Below, piece by piece: positions 11,956 to 25,537 of a stretch of DNA of 64,000 nucleotides (position 1 is its first letter; every line of letters starts with the position of its first letter). The notes below the pieces were generated by a model. It searched no databases. It saw only the letters and a program-made list of their open reading frames with translations, and had not been told where the DNA came from. The position numbers and the translations under genes were made by a program. This DNA comes from Octopus sinensis (Eukaryota), in NCBI RefSeq assembly GCF_006345805.1, contig NC_042999.1:27280001-27344000 (forward strand). Direction: 5' to 3'.

Positions 11956-12002
<47 letters not shown>

Positions 12003-12006
12003 TATA

Positions 12007-13355
12007 CAGTGGAGGGAAATAAATATTCGTAAATGTCACTATTCTTTATTTATTTAATATATTTACTATATTTGCAAATACTATATTTGCTTACACATGC
12101 ATAAACTATGAATATGCAAAAGAATCTAACATAGTATAGTAACTAATGAATTTATATTCAATTATAAATATTTAAGGGTGAAAAAAGTATTCGTACAAAA
12201 CATAAATAACTGATAATTCTGAATTAATACTTCGTAGCATAACCATTATTCTGTTCCACTTCAACCAATCGCTTTTTGTAGTTATTAATCAATGACTCGC
12301 ATGTATCTTTAGGAATTTTTCCCATTCTTCTTGACAATTTTTCTTGAATGAATCTTAATTTTCAAGAAACGCCACAAATTTTCAATGGGGTTCAAGTCAG
12401 GTGACTGGCTTGGCCATTCTAATAATTTTATATTGTGATCGAGAGTGCACGTTTTGGTAGACTGTGCCGTGTGCTTACGGTCGTTATCCTGTTGTAAAAC
12501 CCACCCTTCACAAAGCTGGAGCTTTTCTACAGAGTCCTATAAATTATTGTTCAAAATATTTTGGTATATCTCTGCATTCATTCTACTATCTATCACATGT
12601 AAATTGCCAGTACCATAATGTTGCCACCTCCAAACTTTAAGGTAGCAATTGTGTTCTTTGGCAAATAGCGGTACCATCTTTCCTTCAAACATGGCTACGC
12701 GAATTTTGTCCAAACAATTCAATTTTCGACTGTCTGTCCATAGAACATTTTCTCAGAATGTGTCAAATTTGTCATTATGTTCATAAACAAAATTTAAACG
12801 GGCATCTTTTTGCTTTTTATTCAACAGCGGAGACTTTCTAGGAGAGCGTGACTTCAGTTCATTCCTATGAAGTTCATTGTTGATTGTTCGTAGTGTAACA
12901 CTAGTCCCTGAAGCTAACAAATCTTCTTGCAACTCCTTTCTGGTGATCATTGCGTTTTTTTCGATTCTTCGCTTCATTTTTTTTAAAGATCTAGGGGAAA
13001 TCTTGCATGGTACACCGGATCTTATTCTGTTTTCAACAGTTCCCGATTATTTATATCTTCGAATATATGAAGATATGGTAGAAAATGGAATACAAAGTGT
13101 CTCTGATATTTTCCTGTAACTTTTACCTGTTTTCCACTGTTCGATATTTAAGTTTTTCACTGAATTTGTGAGTTCTTTACTTTTTTCACCCCTAAATATT
13201 TATAATTGTATTCATTAGTTACTATAATATATTAGTTTCTTTTGCATACTCTTAGTTTATGTATATGTATGCAAATATAGTATTGGTATATCCCATGTAT
13301 GTTCATTAGAAATTAAATAAATAACGTTGACATGTACAAATATTTATTTCCCCCA

Positions 13356-13358
<3 letters not shown>
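12007..13358 (-). mobile_element. Tc1-family transposon (DD34E), near full length, transposase pseudogene ~12235-13175
   Basis: CAGTG ends in (TA)n; ~185-bp TIRs (12007-12195 / 13175-13358); VLWTD, then QQDNDRKHT...WPSQSPDLNPIE with 34 residues D to E; stops and frameshifts. Confidence 0.95.
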
Positions 13359-13412
<54 letters not shown>

Positions 13413-14440
13413 TACACATAACGAAAGTCAATGCCTGCATATCAGATACCACACAAGATAAACTCCTAATTTTTGAGATTTTGTCGTCTTGCAGGAAAGC
13501 TAGAACAATTGCTTGATAGATTTGGGACAAGCTCCAAATGAAGAAGGGGGACAATCACATGACTCAAGCAATTTTGCGTACGTGGGGTGGAGAATTTCAA
13601 TAAATTAAGAATTTATATATAAATGGTACTCTCTAGTTAGAGTTATATGCCTCTTAGCTCATTTTCGTTTAAAAGTGTGCGTGTGTGCGCATGCTTAGAG
13701 AGAAACCAAGAGTGAGTGAGTGGTTTACATGCCACCCTTCCTTCGACATTTAGCCCTCAAATATTCAGTACTACTCTTGCTAAACTTGTGTATTCTTTTT
13801 GACACTCAATTATTTTTGCCTCATTAAACTAGTGCCATCGCATTATTCGATCAAAGTTCTAATATATAATATACAATTTTTCATCATTACTTATTCCATC
13901 CAGTGAGATGTGGTCATGTTAAGGCACTACCAAAATTAATGTGGAAGCCCTCCTTTAGGTTCGTTTGCCTTTTTAGTAGATGAACGAAGTTGCCTTCGCT
14001 GTTTCCATACGCCTCTGTATTTCTGTATTTTTTCTTTGCACGTACATTCGTTCAACGTGTATATACTGTCCGAAATTTGGAATGTTTAAGGCAGATTTTT
14101 ATCGTTTATTGGGAAATATTGAAGAGTCCTGATCTAGCCTTTGGCGTATTTACTCCTAAACGAAATTGATTTGATGGAATTATTATTACTGTGTACTGGC
14201 ACCTACTTTGGAAATTTTCATAGCTTTTAGAGCAAAATATTAATACCATTTCTTTCCAAATCTTACTGATATAAACTACGCTCCGAAATGTAGTGTCTTC
14301 CATTGTCAGTATCTTCAAAATTTATTCTGTGTTGGTGGGGGACATTTGGACTGATTCTGATTCAGATGACAAACCGACATTATAAAAGGACTGCATCTGG
14401 AAGTGATAAACCTTGAGTAATACGATTTTATATGTTCTAA

Positions 14441-14830
14441 CATCATCATCATTGTTCGACCGTGGTCGAGACAATGGAATTTACCATGCTACGCCAGACC
14501 TCACGGTCCATCATGGTATTACAGAGGTCCTGTTGCTGGATGCCTGTATCCCTGGAGATTATATCAGGGTAGGAGAATGTGCGTCCTCTGGTATTGCGAG
14601 TAGATGTCTTCCCGAGGAGAAGAGTAGAAATTATCTCTTTTTCAGCTCTACAACAATGTCCAGCAAACTGGACTCTCCTACCTTTCACAAGAAATGACAC
14701 AGTTGGTAGTTTCCCATATATTGCCTATTGGTTGGATGGCGCCTCCACGATTTTGAGCTCTCATAAGGAGGCGAGTGTAGGTTCCATCCAACCGCCTCTC
14801 AAGCTTCTTTGATAACGACCAGGTTTCTGA
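14441..14830 (-). mobile_element. RTE-clade LINE, 5'-truncated 3' end
   Basis: RRVQFAGHCCRAEKE...RGRTFSYPD...DREVWRSMV followed by a (TGA)n tail. Confidence 0.8.
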
Positions 14831-16286
14831 GCCATATAGTGGAATTGGTTCGACTGTGGCTTTGAAGATTTCAAGTTTGAAGTTTCTAACTGTCCATTCT
14901 AACAGTGATCATTTTTATTAGTATTGTAGGCTGAAATATTACACGATTATTTATAATTCTAAAATCGGGCTAATATTATGATTCTTCAGTTACAATGTAT
15001 GAAAATGCCTACTGTGAAGTAGCGTACTTTTGTGTAGTTATCAAAACAGAAAATCTTTCTTGATTGATTTTGACACTTCTGTTTCACCAGCCTTGCAATT
15101 AAAAAATTATTCTAATAATTGAGAGTTTCACATATTCTTTTTTCAATTAAGTCATACCATACTAATAAAGGCTTTTCTATGTAATCAAATTATCAATTTC
15201 GACGAACAAATCGAGTCTTTTTACAAAGTACAAAGGCTCTACAAATTTTCCTGCAACTCTAGGTACAGGAAATATGAAATTGATTTGGAGTGCCTTGGTA
15301 TTAGTAACCCCTTTAAAATCAAACTGTAAAAAGCAGCGATTGAAAGTAGTTGGATTTACTGGCATAAATGCAAGATATGGAATACATAGCAAAGATATTT
15401 ATCAATAACAAATCAGTACTTAATCTATATGTTGCATTTCTGTCAGATTCTATTGGAAAAAGTATATGCACAATCTCTATGTGTATAAACTCAATTGGGT
15501 AACGATTTTTTTCAACACTGCATGCACTGGTTTCCGAACCAAAAATCGTTTTTACATGAATCTTTATCATAGTATTAATTTGTCGAGAAATAATGCTATT
15601 ACGTCATACCACTCAAATACTGTGTATTATATTATTTGTTTCGTATTTTATAAGAAACGCTTTTATTCAAATGGGGATTCATTTAGAAGATATTTATCTT
15701 TATGTAAGGAATTAATTAACTATATACATGACTGCATTACTCAATTATGGTCTTTAAGCAAGCAACATATATTTTTATTTTAGAATTATTTCAAATATAA
15801 TCTTTCTATCTCTCTATCCTACCCCTCGGGACTTCAAATAGCAATGTGCAAGATTTTAGACAGAAAAAAAAGAGAATAATTCCGTATAAAGCTTTTAGTC
15901 CTAAAGGTATGCATCAAATAAATTCATTTTTATTGCATAATAGCAATCAGCAGGAACACATTGAGCCACCAGGGTGCCGATTTACCAGCTGAAGTGTTTT
16001 AACTTCATATTCCCTTGCGGGCGCTAAAGTGGGCATGTTCGGTCCTATCCTTTCAGTATTTTGTTAGTATTTTTTAAATCCTTATATTGATAAAATAATA
16101 AATGCGGATTAAATAGTTTTTATGTCATTTAAGATTAAAGTATGGATAGATATGCTTTAGGTAATTTTCCATTCAGAAGTTATTACAACAGAACTTTAGA
16201 AATAAATTCTCTAAAATGTACATACAAAAAATATACATCAATACATGCATATGACATGTCCCTGTGTGTGTCTAACATATGTATGA

Positions 16287-16681
16287 CTAGCAGTATCGCC
16301 CGGCGTTGCTCGGGTTTGTAAAGGAAATAACTATATAAGCATTTTTAGAGAGTTATAGCCAAAAAATAGCAAAAAAATCCATTAAAAATGGTAAAAAGTG
16401 ATGGTAATTTTTTTTTAAATCGTTGACTCATCGTAGACATTTTTAGAGAGTTACTTCCCTTATATAATAGCGACAAAATGCATTAAAATGGAAAAGAATT
16501 ATGGTAATTTTTTTTTTAATTGCAGACTCATCGTAGACGCGCGCTAATACCCAGAAGGGCTCGATATGAATCACAACTATAAGATACCCGCTTTTGGTTA
16601 AACTGCACCGCAAAATGTGGGAGTAGTTAGGAATCTAAATCGTAGGAGACAGACAAACAACTTGACTTTTATATATAAAGA
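16287..16681 (-). mobile_element. Non-autonomous Helitron, copy 1
   Basis: Minus strand begins TC after A and ends CCCGAGCAACGCCGGG hairpin + CTAG before T; no TSD; internal ~100-bp tandem duplication. Confidence 0.85.
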
Positions 16682-17062
16682 TTAGACAGAGAGGGAAAGC
16701 TAGAGGTAGAGTGCATGTGCATGCGTGCGTGTGTATGTATGCGTGTATGAATGAAAAGTCGAAGAGAATGCTACTGAAAAATCATGAGACTTTCTACACT
16801 ACCGTCTTTTTCAAGATTACCAAGAGTATCTCGGACACCACTCGATTACATTTTGTCCTGCATACACTTGTATCTTCATTTGAAGGTGAATTAATTGTTG
16901 AGATATGATCCCTTCTAAACCTTCTTGAGTTGCCTTAGCAGCAGGTCTTTTGTCGCATAAAACACTAATTACTTTAGAACTTGTGAAAATTACCTTTCCA
17001 AATCGTCTTCTTAGAAAATTAGAGACAAATTAAGCTCTTATTTTCACTTAATTTCTCCTCCT

Positions 17063-17139
<77 letters not shown>

Positions 17140-18859
17140 CATCTCTATCTCTCTCTCCCTCTTTCTAACCCATTATTTATTCAGTTAGACGGCTAATGTT
17201 CTACTCATCAATGCAGGCTCTAATTTATTTCGAGGTTATTCTTTGTACGAGATGTATAGTTTTGCTCGCGCACAACTATTTTCCCTGAGTCCGATACAAA
17301 TCATATTGACTACAAGAGTGTGAAATAACAAGATTCTGAACTTTTTAGTTGATTTTAAACACCAATGGCTGACATTTGGCAAAAGTGGGGATAAATACAT
17401 CCAGTGGTTATGGAGGGTTGTGATGATTGGTTATAAAGAAAGTTTTGGGATTTCAGTGACTCCTGGAAAAAATCACTAACTTCCACCAGCAGAGAGGCGT
17501 TTCCTTATTCCTCAATATTTAAATTACTAACTTTCCGTAACCTGTCTATCTGTAACGAATGGACTTAAACTTTAGTTTGGAAAATATCCTAGGTTCTGTA
17601 CCGCATTTCTTTACCCCGCTGCAACTGATAAGAACGATGTACGACTACTACTGGCATGTACAGGATATTGTTGTTATTCACACAGACATGCAAACTTGAT
17701 CACTTCCAAAACAATTCTATCTTCTTTTTGTTGTGTTTTAGCTACATGTTACCTCCTATTCAATCAGATCTATTGTCAAAAATCTTCATCTATTGATTGT
17801 TCCGTCTCTTTTTGTTTATTTTTTTTTATCAAGAACTATATAGTCTAATATATCCGCCTATGTTAACCAACATAATGTTTCATTTGAGATAGGTTTGCCT
17901 GTTAGTTCTACCATATCGTATGACCTGTTAGTGGATCCCTCGTTGGCTCATATGCAATCCTGTTGTATGGCAATTATTCACACACCAACTGCCTGCAATA
18001 ACGTGCTCTCAGTACACATTTGCTACTGCACAGCCTCTACTTCATTAAACATTATTTCGCTTTGCGAACGCCCGATTCAATAAATCCGTTTTCCTCATTC
18101 CCTCGTTATTTTTAATTGTTTGTCATCCTCCACAACATTTAGTAAACAGCCACACTAATTATTCATTCTTAGATCGCATTTAATATCGTCCTTCTGTCGT
18201 CTGCGCTACTGACATCAAGCTGGTTATGCTGAGGCTAAACATCAATCTCAGTAATCCAGAAGGTCCTGAGCTTCCAGTTAACATTTCAAACTAATAAATA
18301 AAGTAACGATGTGCAAAAAATATCCGGTGATCTTCATCTTTATTCTTGGAGTTATTCTAAGTATTAGTTACAGTTAAAATTCAATTTCTACAGGCGTGTA
18401 ATAAAACAGAACATATTCAAAATTGCCTTCTCTCCTCGCAGAATTAATTTAATGAATGTCTTAGAGCCAACATTTTGCTTTCCGTCACCAAATAGATAAC
18501 TAGTTCTTTCCTAATTTGAAACAACGTCTTCATTTTATGAAACACTTGTGTCAACGGATAGCTAGGAATATACTAAAGTACACTTCTGCGTGGGAATTTA
18601 ATCCTAAAGTGAATTGAGTGCTAGCATAGTGTAATTACCGAAGAGATATTTATTAATTAAAATTACATATTTATTAATGCGAAGAATTATTATATAAACG
18701 ATTAAACTTAGCAAAAAGAAAAGAAAGAAAAGTGGTGGTGAAGAATGTCGAACATTGTAATTAATTAACATTAATTAATAAAAGAATGAGAAGTCATTAT
18801 GATATTTAGCAGCAGAGATCTCTTCGGAAAGCCTAAACTTTACTAAAGAACTGTTTGTT

Positions 18860-18921
18860 GCAGTTTGTTGTCGTTGTTATTGTTATTGCTGTTTTTGTTG
18901 TTGTTTTTGTTATTGTTGTTG

Positions 18922-18959
<38 letters not shown>

Positions 18960-19164
18960 GGTGGTGGTGTTGGTGGTGGTGGTGTGGTGGTGGTGGAGGT
19001 GGAGGTGGTAGTAGTAGCAGTAGTAGTAGTAGTAGTAGTAGTGGTGGGTGGTGGTGGTGGTGGTGGTGGTGGTAGTGGTGGTGGTGGTAGTAGTAGTAGT
19101 AGTAGTGGTGGTGGTGGTGTTGGTGGTGGTGGTGGTGGAGGTGGTGGTGGTGGTGGTGGTGGTA

Positions 19165-19220
<56 letters not shown>

Positions 19221-19235
19221 TGTTGCTGTTGTTGT
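18860..19235. repeat. Compound (GTT)(GTA)(GGT)n tract
   Basis: Direct reading. Confidence 0.95.
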
Positions 19236-19480
19236 GGCTGCTTTTACTGTTTAGCCTAGCTCAGCTCCAAACAAACATATGCATGTACACAATCAAAGGG
19301 AATAACAACCATCGTTATCCTGTTTTTTTTTCTCAGCGACAGTGTACCGAGGACCCTATTCATCAATGTGCACCTTTCTAAGGCATTAAGGAGATTTATT
19401 GGGGGATTTGTCTGATATTTCTGTGAGGTTCAGTTTCCACATATTTTCACTATTTTCTCCTGTAGCTCTCAAGAACGTGC

Positions 19481-19482
19481 AG

Positions 19483-19513
<31 letters not shown>

Positions 19514-19593
19514 CCTCATCATCATCATCATCATCATCCTCATCATCATCCACATCATCATCATCATCGTCATCATCATCGTCATCATAATCC

Positions 19594-19630
<37 letters not shown>

Positions 19631-19684
19631 CCTCCTCATCATCATCATCATCATCATCCTCATCATCATCATCATCGTCGTCAT

Positions 19685-19715
<31 letters not shown>

Positions 19716-19791
19716 AGCAGCATCCTCCTCCTCATCATCATCATCATCGTCATTCTCATCATCCTCATCATCATCCTCATCATCGTCGTCG

Positions 19792-19835
<44 letters not shown>

Positions 19836-19848
19836 GTCATCGTCGTTG

Positions 19849-19880
<32 letters not shown>

Positions 19881-19896
19881 TTCATCATCATCATCG

Positions 19897-19928
<32 letters not shown>

Positions 19929-19980
19929 GTCGTCGTCATCATCATCGTCATCATCATCATCATCATCATCATCCTCCGCC

Positions 19981-20014
<34 letters not shown>

Positions 20015-20078
20015 CATCATCATCATCATCCTCATCATCATCATCCTCATCCTTATCATCATCATCATCCTCATCCTT

Positions 20079-20118
<40 letters not shown>

Positions 20119-20121
20119 ACC

Positions 20122-20159
<38 letters not shown>

Positions 20160-20180
20160 GTCGTCGTCGTCGTCGTTGTT
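19481..20180. repeat. ~700-bp (TCA)n tract with TCC/TCG/GCA variants
   Basis: Direct reading; source of the poly-D/poly-M/poly-S ORFs. Confidence 0.95.
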
Positions 20181-20984
20181 GTTAATATTGTTTTTGTCGT
20201 CGACCTTGCTGTGTTGCGTCGGATCCACCCTGATCAAACAGGTCTATGACCATAGGCATTCCAATCGTAACAGACTTGCACTTAGCCGAAGTATATTCTT
20301 TAATGCGCCCTTAAAATTTCATAAGATGTTACGTCTTGATATGCAGGAGATTCTGTCACTTCTTTCTAGCAGATAGAACGACCCCATACAGGCCTTCCTC
20401 ACAGTTATTTCTTCTCGCTCCGTGTGAAGTATGTTGAGTGACTACTTGGATAGTACAGTGTTAATAGTTTTAATAATTATTTAGTAATGTAACCGGACAT
20501 TAGTCAGGGAATTCTTTGCTGTCCACTCAATCGACTGCAAGAATTCGGTTGGACGACCAAATATCAAACTCATGTTTTTTTTCCTATCTCCCTTGGGCTA
20601 ATGTAATTGATTGCTATTGAATCTTAAACGCTAAAACCAATACCAAACACGATCATTTCTATTTGAAGTTATGCCACTACGGGACCTCTCCAATGTTTTT
20701 ATTTTGCTCGACGTTAAACAGAACTTGATTAGTTGCTTCACAAAAGCGAACAAATTGTTTTAATTTTCTATAAAAAATAAAATTAACAGCAAAATTTAAA
20801 TTTAAAAATTTTATTCTTATTTTTTGTCTTTGCTATTTTTTAATCATGTTTTTCTTATTTAAAAACATCTTTTGTTTTCTTTATTAGTAATTGCAATAAC
20901 TATTTATTTTGTTTTAACTTTTTCTCTCTTTCGTTAATATTACTATTCGTCTTCTTCTTCTTCTTCTTCTTCTTATTATTATTA

Positions 20985-21049
<65 letters not shown>

Positions 21050-22089
21050 GCAGTTGTTGTTTTTATTGCTGTTGTTGTTTAAGTGATATGATGAGAGAAT
21101 GAGTAGATCTGTTGAGTCGGTAGATTGACAAAGCGGCTAGAATAACAGCGTTCCCAGAGTAGTAAATGTCTGACAAAATAACTTTAAGAATTTAAATTTC
21201 TTATTTTCAGGTTTCGAATTCGACCGGCGCTTATTTTGCCTTTCAACATTTTCGCATCAATAAAATAAGTACTCTGGTTAGAGATCGCCCATTTCGACTA
21301 ATCCTGGAAATGACGTATGCTTCTGCTTGCCTTTGCTATCTCTTGAAATTCTGTGACTGATGATGCTCAGGCATGGAACCAGAGACTTAGACATTCTTGC
21401 ACGAATGAAGAAATACAGTTCGAACGGTAACCACAACTTCACCAAGAACAACTTTTTCCAGATTTACTAGCTGGAAGAAAATAACAGGCATGAGCCTGGA
21501 AAACGAAAGTGTATGAACGAGAATTCTCGTGAAAGAACTACATTTTACCCGAGGATTTTGTACAACAATGGGCTAAAAGATGGGCGAGTTTTCATACGCC
21601 TTTCAAGTAGAAGTTTGAGTGAAGCTTCACTGATGTATATCAAACTGTACCTTTCCTCGTTGGGCGCACATCGTAGGGAAGAAGTGCTTCTAGTTTTAAG
21701 GCTGTGAGACGAAAAGGCAAGCAGAGATCGTGTGCACAAATGTCGGTGCTGCAACGCATGGATAACAGAAATACAAAGCCTGTGGTCTAGATTATTGATG
21801 CAGATATAAAACTTTACCCCATTGTCTACTCTGCGGCACAATATGTACATGGCGAGCACAGAGGTGACCCCTTCGTTTGTGAGTGTGTCTTTACTAAACG
21901 TGTATCTTAACTTCGCTGATGCATTTCCCCAAGTCTTGTGTTTTGTTTAACATGTTAGGGTCATCAGTTATGTTATATTGTTCAGTGGTTATTGTGTTTC
22001 TTATAGGTCTGGTGTGTTGTACATAAATCAGTAATTATTATTATTGTTACTGTTGTTGTTGTCATCACCATCATCATCATCATCATCAT

Positions 22090-23460
22090 CATCATCTTTA
22101 TACAGCTTTCTATTTTCTTTTCTCCTGTTATCTGTATTACGTCTCTGCTCCTTCTTGCAGCTTACAGTTGCAAAACTTTTCCCAATACATATTGTTCCAA
22201 GTATTGCTGCTAACTGAGTACTTTCTCTAAACTTTTTATATTAGTAGCTTTCGATTCCGGAATGTTGCATGTGTTTTGAATTGGTCCCAAGTGCACAAAT
22301 CACAATAGGTAGCACACTCATATATGAGGGTCTATGGATGCGCTTCACTTCCAATTCTAGGACTTCGCACATCTAGACTTCCTCGTTCTCTTTCTTCTCA
22401 ATATTCTGGTCTGCAGGTATAACTACGTCGGTGAAGGAACCTTCTTTAGGTTTCCTCCGTATGCGAGTGATAATCTGATCGGTTAGGTCGCAGCTTATTT
22501 ATGTAGATTGGTATATCTTATGTGAGTTTCACCTACTCATTCTCTGCTTCTGGAAAAGGTTGGTGCTTATATCACTTGTTGGAACATTCTAGCCCATGCT
22601 ACACGCACAACTCTCACTGTATTCGCGCTACCACATTCTCGTGACGCTTTTTTGTTTTTGTATTTCTGCTGAGCCAGTTTTCAGTATCCATTAATTGTAG
22701 GTCTACCTGTCTCAGGTGGCTTCACATCATCTAACCAAAGGTTACTCTGCTGTCTTATCAATGCTATACTTAATTGAATTAGTTCGTAAAGCTCGTTCTT
22801 GAGCAGAAAGGATCAGCCTTGTCTCCTTCTTTAAGGATTCTTCATCTGCTTCATACAATGTTCGCTGGAAAAACTCTCCGTCTAGGACTTTCTCTTTCGA
22901 GTTAATGATCTTTCTTCAATTACTTTCCTTTTGTACTCCTGGGGGTTCTCATTATTGTCACTAATTACTTTCTCACTTCATGCAGCTAGCAGCCATCTAC
23001 CATCGCTATTTCTCAGGCTACTTTACTCTTTTCTAACCAGTCCTCTTCCATCTTTATTCCTACGTACGTAAAGCGTTGCTATGTTACTTCTGGTATGAAG
23101 GCATCCATGTATAGCAACTATCGCCTTGTTTTACTGCCGATACTGACCAGTTCCTCTTTTGTCCATTCCACAACCTCTACGCAGTAACGTACCACACCTA
23201 CTGTCCAAGCATGAATGCCTCTTCATATTAGGTTTCTTCCATTAAACTTGAGTCTACATAGCCTTTTCACTCTTCTGGTATATTCAAAAATATATTTTTC
23301 CATTCATCTTCATGTTCAACATCTGGCCTAATTGTAAAACACCAAAATACTTGTAACTATCTCCGTTCACTTCTCTTATGCGCTCATCATTTGAAAACTG
23401 TACGCAACTGCCGTCTGCTTTTTTCCTTCTTCTCAATTCATAACAGCGCATTTATCTGGG
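22090..23460 (-). mobile_element. Degraded R4/Dong-like REL LINE
   Basis: WTVGVVRY...EWTKEEL, LILSAQERALRTNSIK, DVVIPAD, LPIVICALG across stops. Confidence 0.65.
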
Positions 23461-23587
23461 CTAAACGTCATCTGGATGCCATGCGAGAAGATTCGTACAG
23501 CCTGAACAAGGGAATCCAGTTGACCCCTACTAGTTCTATAAGGCTTCTATAAGAATCATCCGTAGAAAGAAGGGATTCACTGGTCTC

Positions 23588-23608
23588 CTTCTTCTTCTTC
23601 TTCATCTT

Positions 23609-23682
<74 letters not shown>

Positions 23683-23701
23683 AATTATTATTATTATTAC
23701 A

Positions 23702-23765
<64 letters not shown>
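23588..23765. repeat. (CTT)n(TTA)n tract
   Basis: Direct reading. Confidence 0.95.
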
Positions 23766-23945
23766 GTCAAGACGAAGAGCGCGATTCGATTGTAAGATAT
23801 TTTATTAGTTGAACGATATTTCAACAGTACGTCTCTGTCAAATTCAAAATAAAAAGTGATAAAAATTCAAAATTACAGGAATTTAAACGTAAAGTATGAA
23901 CGAGAGCAAGTAGCACACGCTATTAATATAATAATAATAATAATA

Positions 23946-24020
<75 letters not shown>

Positions 24021-25250
24021 GGTTTCACTCAGGTTCGGTCTTATTCCTGATAGGATTTATGTGTTTAGCGTCGTACTATCTGTTGCCTTAGGAATCCACA
24101 AGTTTTCAATAGTCTTTCAATTGCTTAGAACCCTCCTGAATATCCTTACTGTCCCTAAAACCCTAAAAGTCAAACTTTCTGTCGGAGTTCTACAGGGTAT
24201 TCTATTCCAATCTCCATCAGCCATTGTTTATATGTTTGTTTCCTGTTCCAAACGCACCAATTATCATAGGCACGACATTGGCTGTTCTCATACTCCAAAT
24301 TCTTCCTATTTCAAATTTAAGGAAATATATATTTTTAGTTCCTCTTTCTTTTCGATCCTGGTGTCAAACGGGCATGATGGGCCAATTAGTAAGCAACTTC
24401 GCTTTTCCTCATCTATAATTGTTATGTCTAGCCTATTATTTTCTAACTTATTATGTTTGAATAGAAAAGTCCCACAAAATCTTACCTTTTTTCCTACTCC
24501 AGTTCTCTTTCGACCCGATTATTGCACCATGCGTTTCCAGTTTCAAATCCCCATTTCTGGCAAAGTTCCCAGTATAAAACTTTTACAACATGACCGTGCC
24601 TCCATTTCTAATATTCTTCCTGTGTCAACTTGGAGCATTCTGCTCCAATGTGTGCCACTGCCTCGTTCCAAGTTCCACAGGATCTACATTGTTCTGACAC
24701 ATTCTCTCCATATTCATTTTGTTCTCAGGTTGTTTGTTTCATCACTTCATCTTGGGTTGCTACAATTAGGCTCTCTTTCTTTTTTTAATTTTCCCTTTTT
24801 AACCAAGCCCAGGATTTTGCTCCACATATATCTTCAGTGGCTCTCCAAAACTGGCCATGCAGAGGTTTCTCTTCAATCTATTTGACGTGATCTCTTAGTA
24901 TCTCCTTCTTCTCATTTTCTCCTCTTACGCGCTTCATCACCCGTTCTTTATTCAATATCTTTAGTAGTTTCCCTGCGTTGCTCTGTAAATATTTTACTAG
25001 ACTTTTCCTTTCCATATGTATACACTCTTCTGCTGCTATTAAGCCACTTCCACACTGGTCTCTCCTTAAGTATAGCCGCTTAATATCAGCTTTCGAACGG
25101 TGGACTCCATACATTGTCAATAATTTTCTAGTTTTTCTGTCAAGTTTCTTCATACATCGCTTTCGGTCCAGTCTATAATTACAACTCCATATCTGATTAA
25201 TGGTACTTCTCTTGAATTTATTGCTTCAATAATTTTTTTTTGAATTAATC
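24021..25250 (-). mobile_element. R4/Dong-like REL LINE 3' portion with (TAA)n tail at ~23930-24020
   Basis: KLDRKTRKLLTMYG...RLYLRR...GLI, EKPLHGQFW, KILWDFSIQT, VVPMIIGAFG. Confidence 0.8.
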
Positions 25251-25476
25251 TTTGACTGCAATGATTTTCTCAATAATTTTCTGCAATAATTTTTTATCAG
25301 TAAAAACTGATAGAACAGTATTTACACGTTGAAAATTATATCTTTCTAATTGTACTATAATATATTTCAGCGCTTCAAAACAAACTTAAGTTTTTTTTCA
25401 CATGACGTAATCAACATTACATCTTGAATCGTCTCTGGATGACTTTATAAGTTATAAATTGCAGAAGACTTTGTCA

Positions 25477-25537
25477 GTAAAACAATGGTAGAGCACTTGA
25501 ATGGAAATCAAAGGGTTGTGAGTTCGATTCGTGTAGC
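25477..25537 (+). pseudogene. Decayed tRNA-like sequence or SINE head
   Basis: TGGTAGAGC, ttga-7nt-tcaa anticodon-like arm, B box GAGTTCGATTC. Confidence 0.4.

Larger units (their letters stand above)
10853..11959 (+). mobile_element. Penelope-like 3' fragment (linker + GIY-YIG endonuclease) enclosed by ~180-bp inverted terminal copies, inserted in (TA)n
   Basis: GRPNCGTCP linker (frameshifted) and NLIYIITCLGCGHNYIGLT...LRNR...H; 10853-11034 is the reverse complement of 11781-11959. Confidence 0.85.

Noticed and set aside
13480-13560. Splice-acceptor-like ttgtcgtcttgcag followed by GKLEQLLDRFGTSSK*
   Set aside because: Short, no partner exon and no recognisable homology.
18638-18827. Possible MITE bounded by ccgaagagat/atctcttcgg
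   Set aside because: Only a 10-14-bp inverted match, no TSD and no second copy in the window.
18855-19259. Gly/Ser/Val-rich ORF resembling a structural protein
   Set aside because: Pure trinucleotide repeat.
19386-20376. 283-aa poly-Asp ORF and overlapping poly-Met and poly-Ser ORFs
   Set aside because: Open in several frames because of the (TCA)n tract; flanks show no domain or credible splice context.
21370-21950. Possible RTE remnants here and at 25740-26200
   Set aside because: Only vague resemblance; no motif could be read with confidence.
24010-24040. TGAAACCA shared between a LINE 3' end and SINE B tail type 2
   Set aside because: An 8-nt match followed by oppositely oriented repeats; too short to claim partnership.
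24019-24885. 288-aa plus-strand ORF
   Set aside because: Antisense shadow of the R4/Dong LINE on the minus strand.
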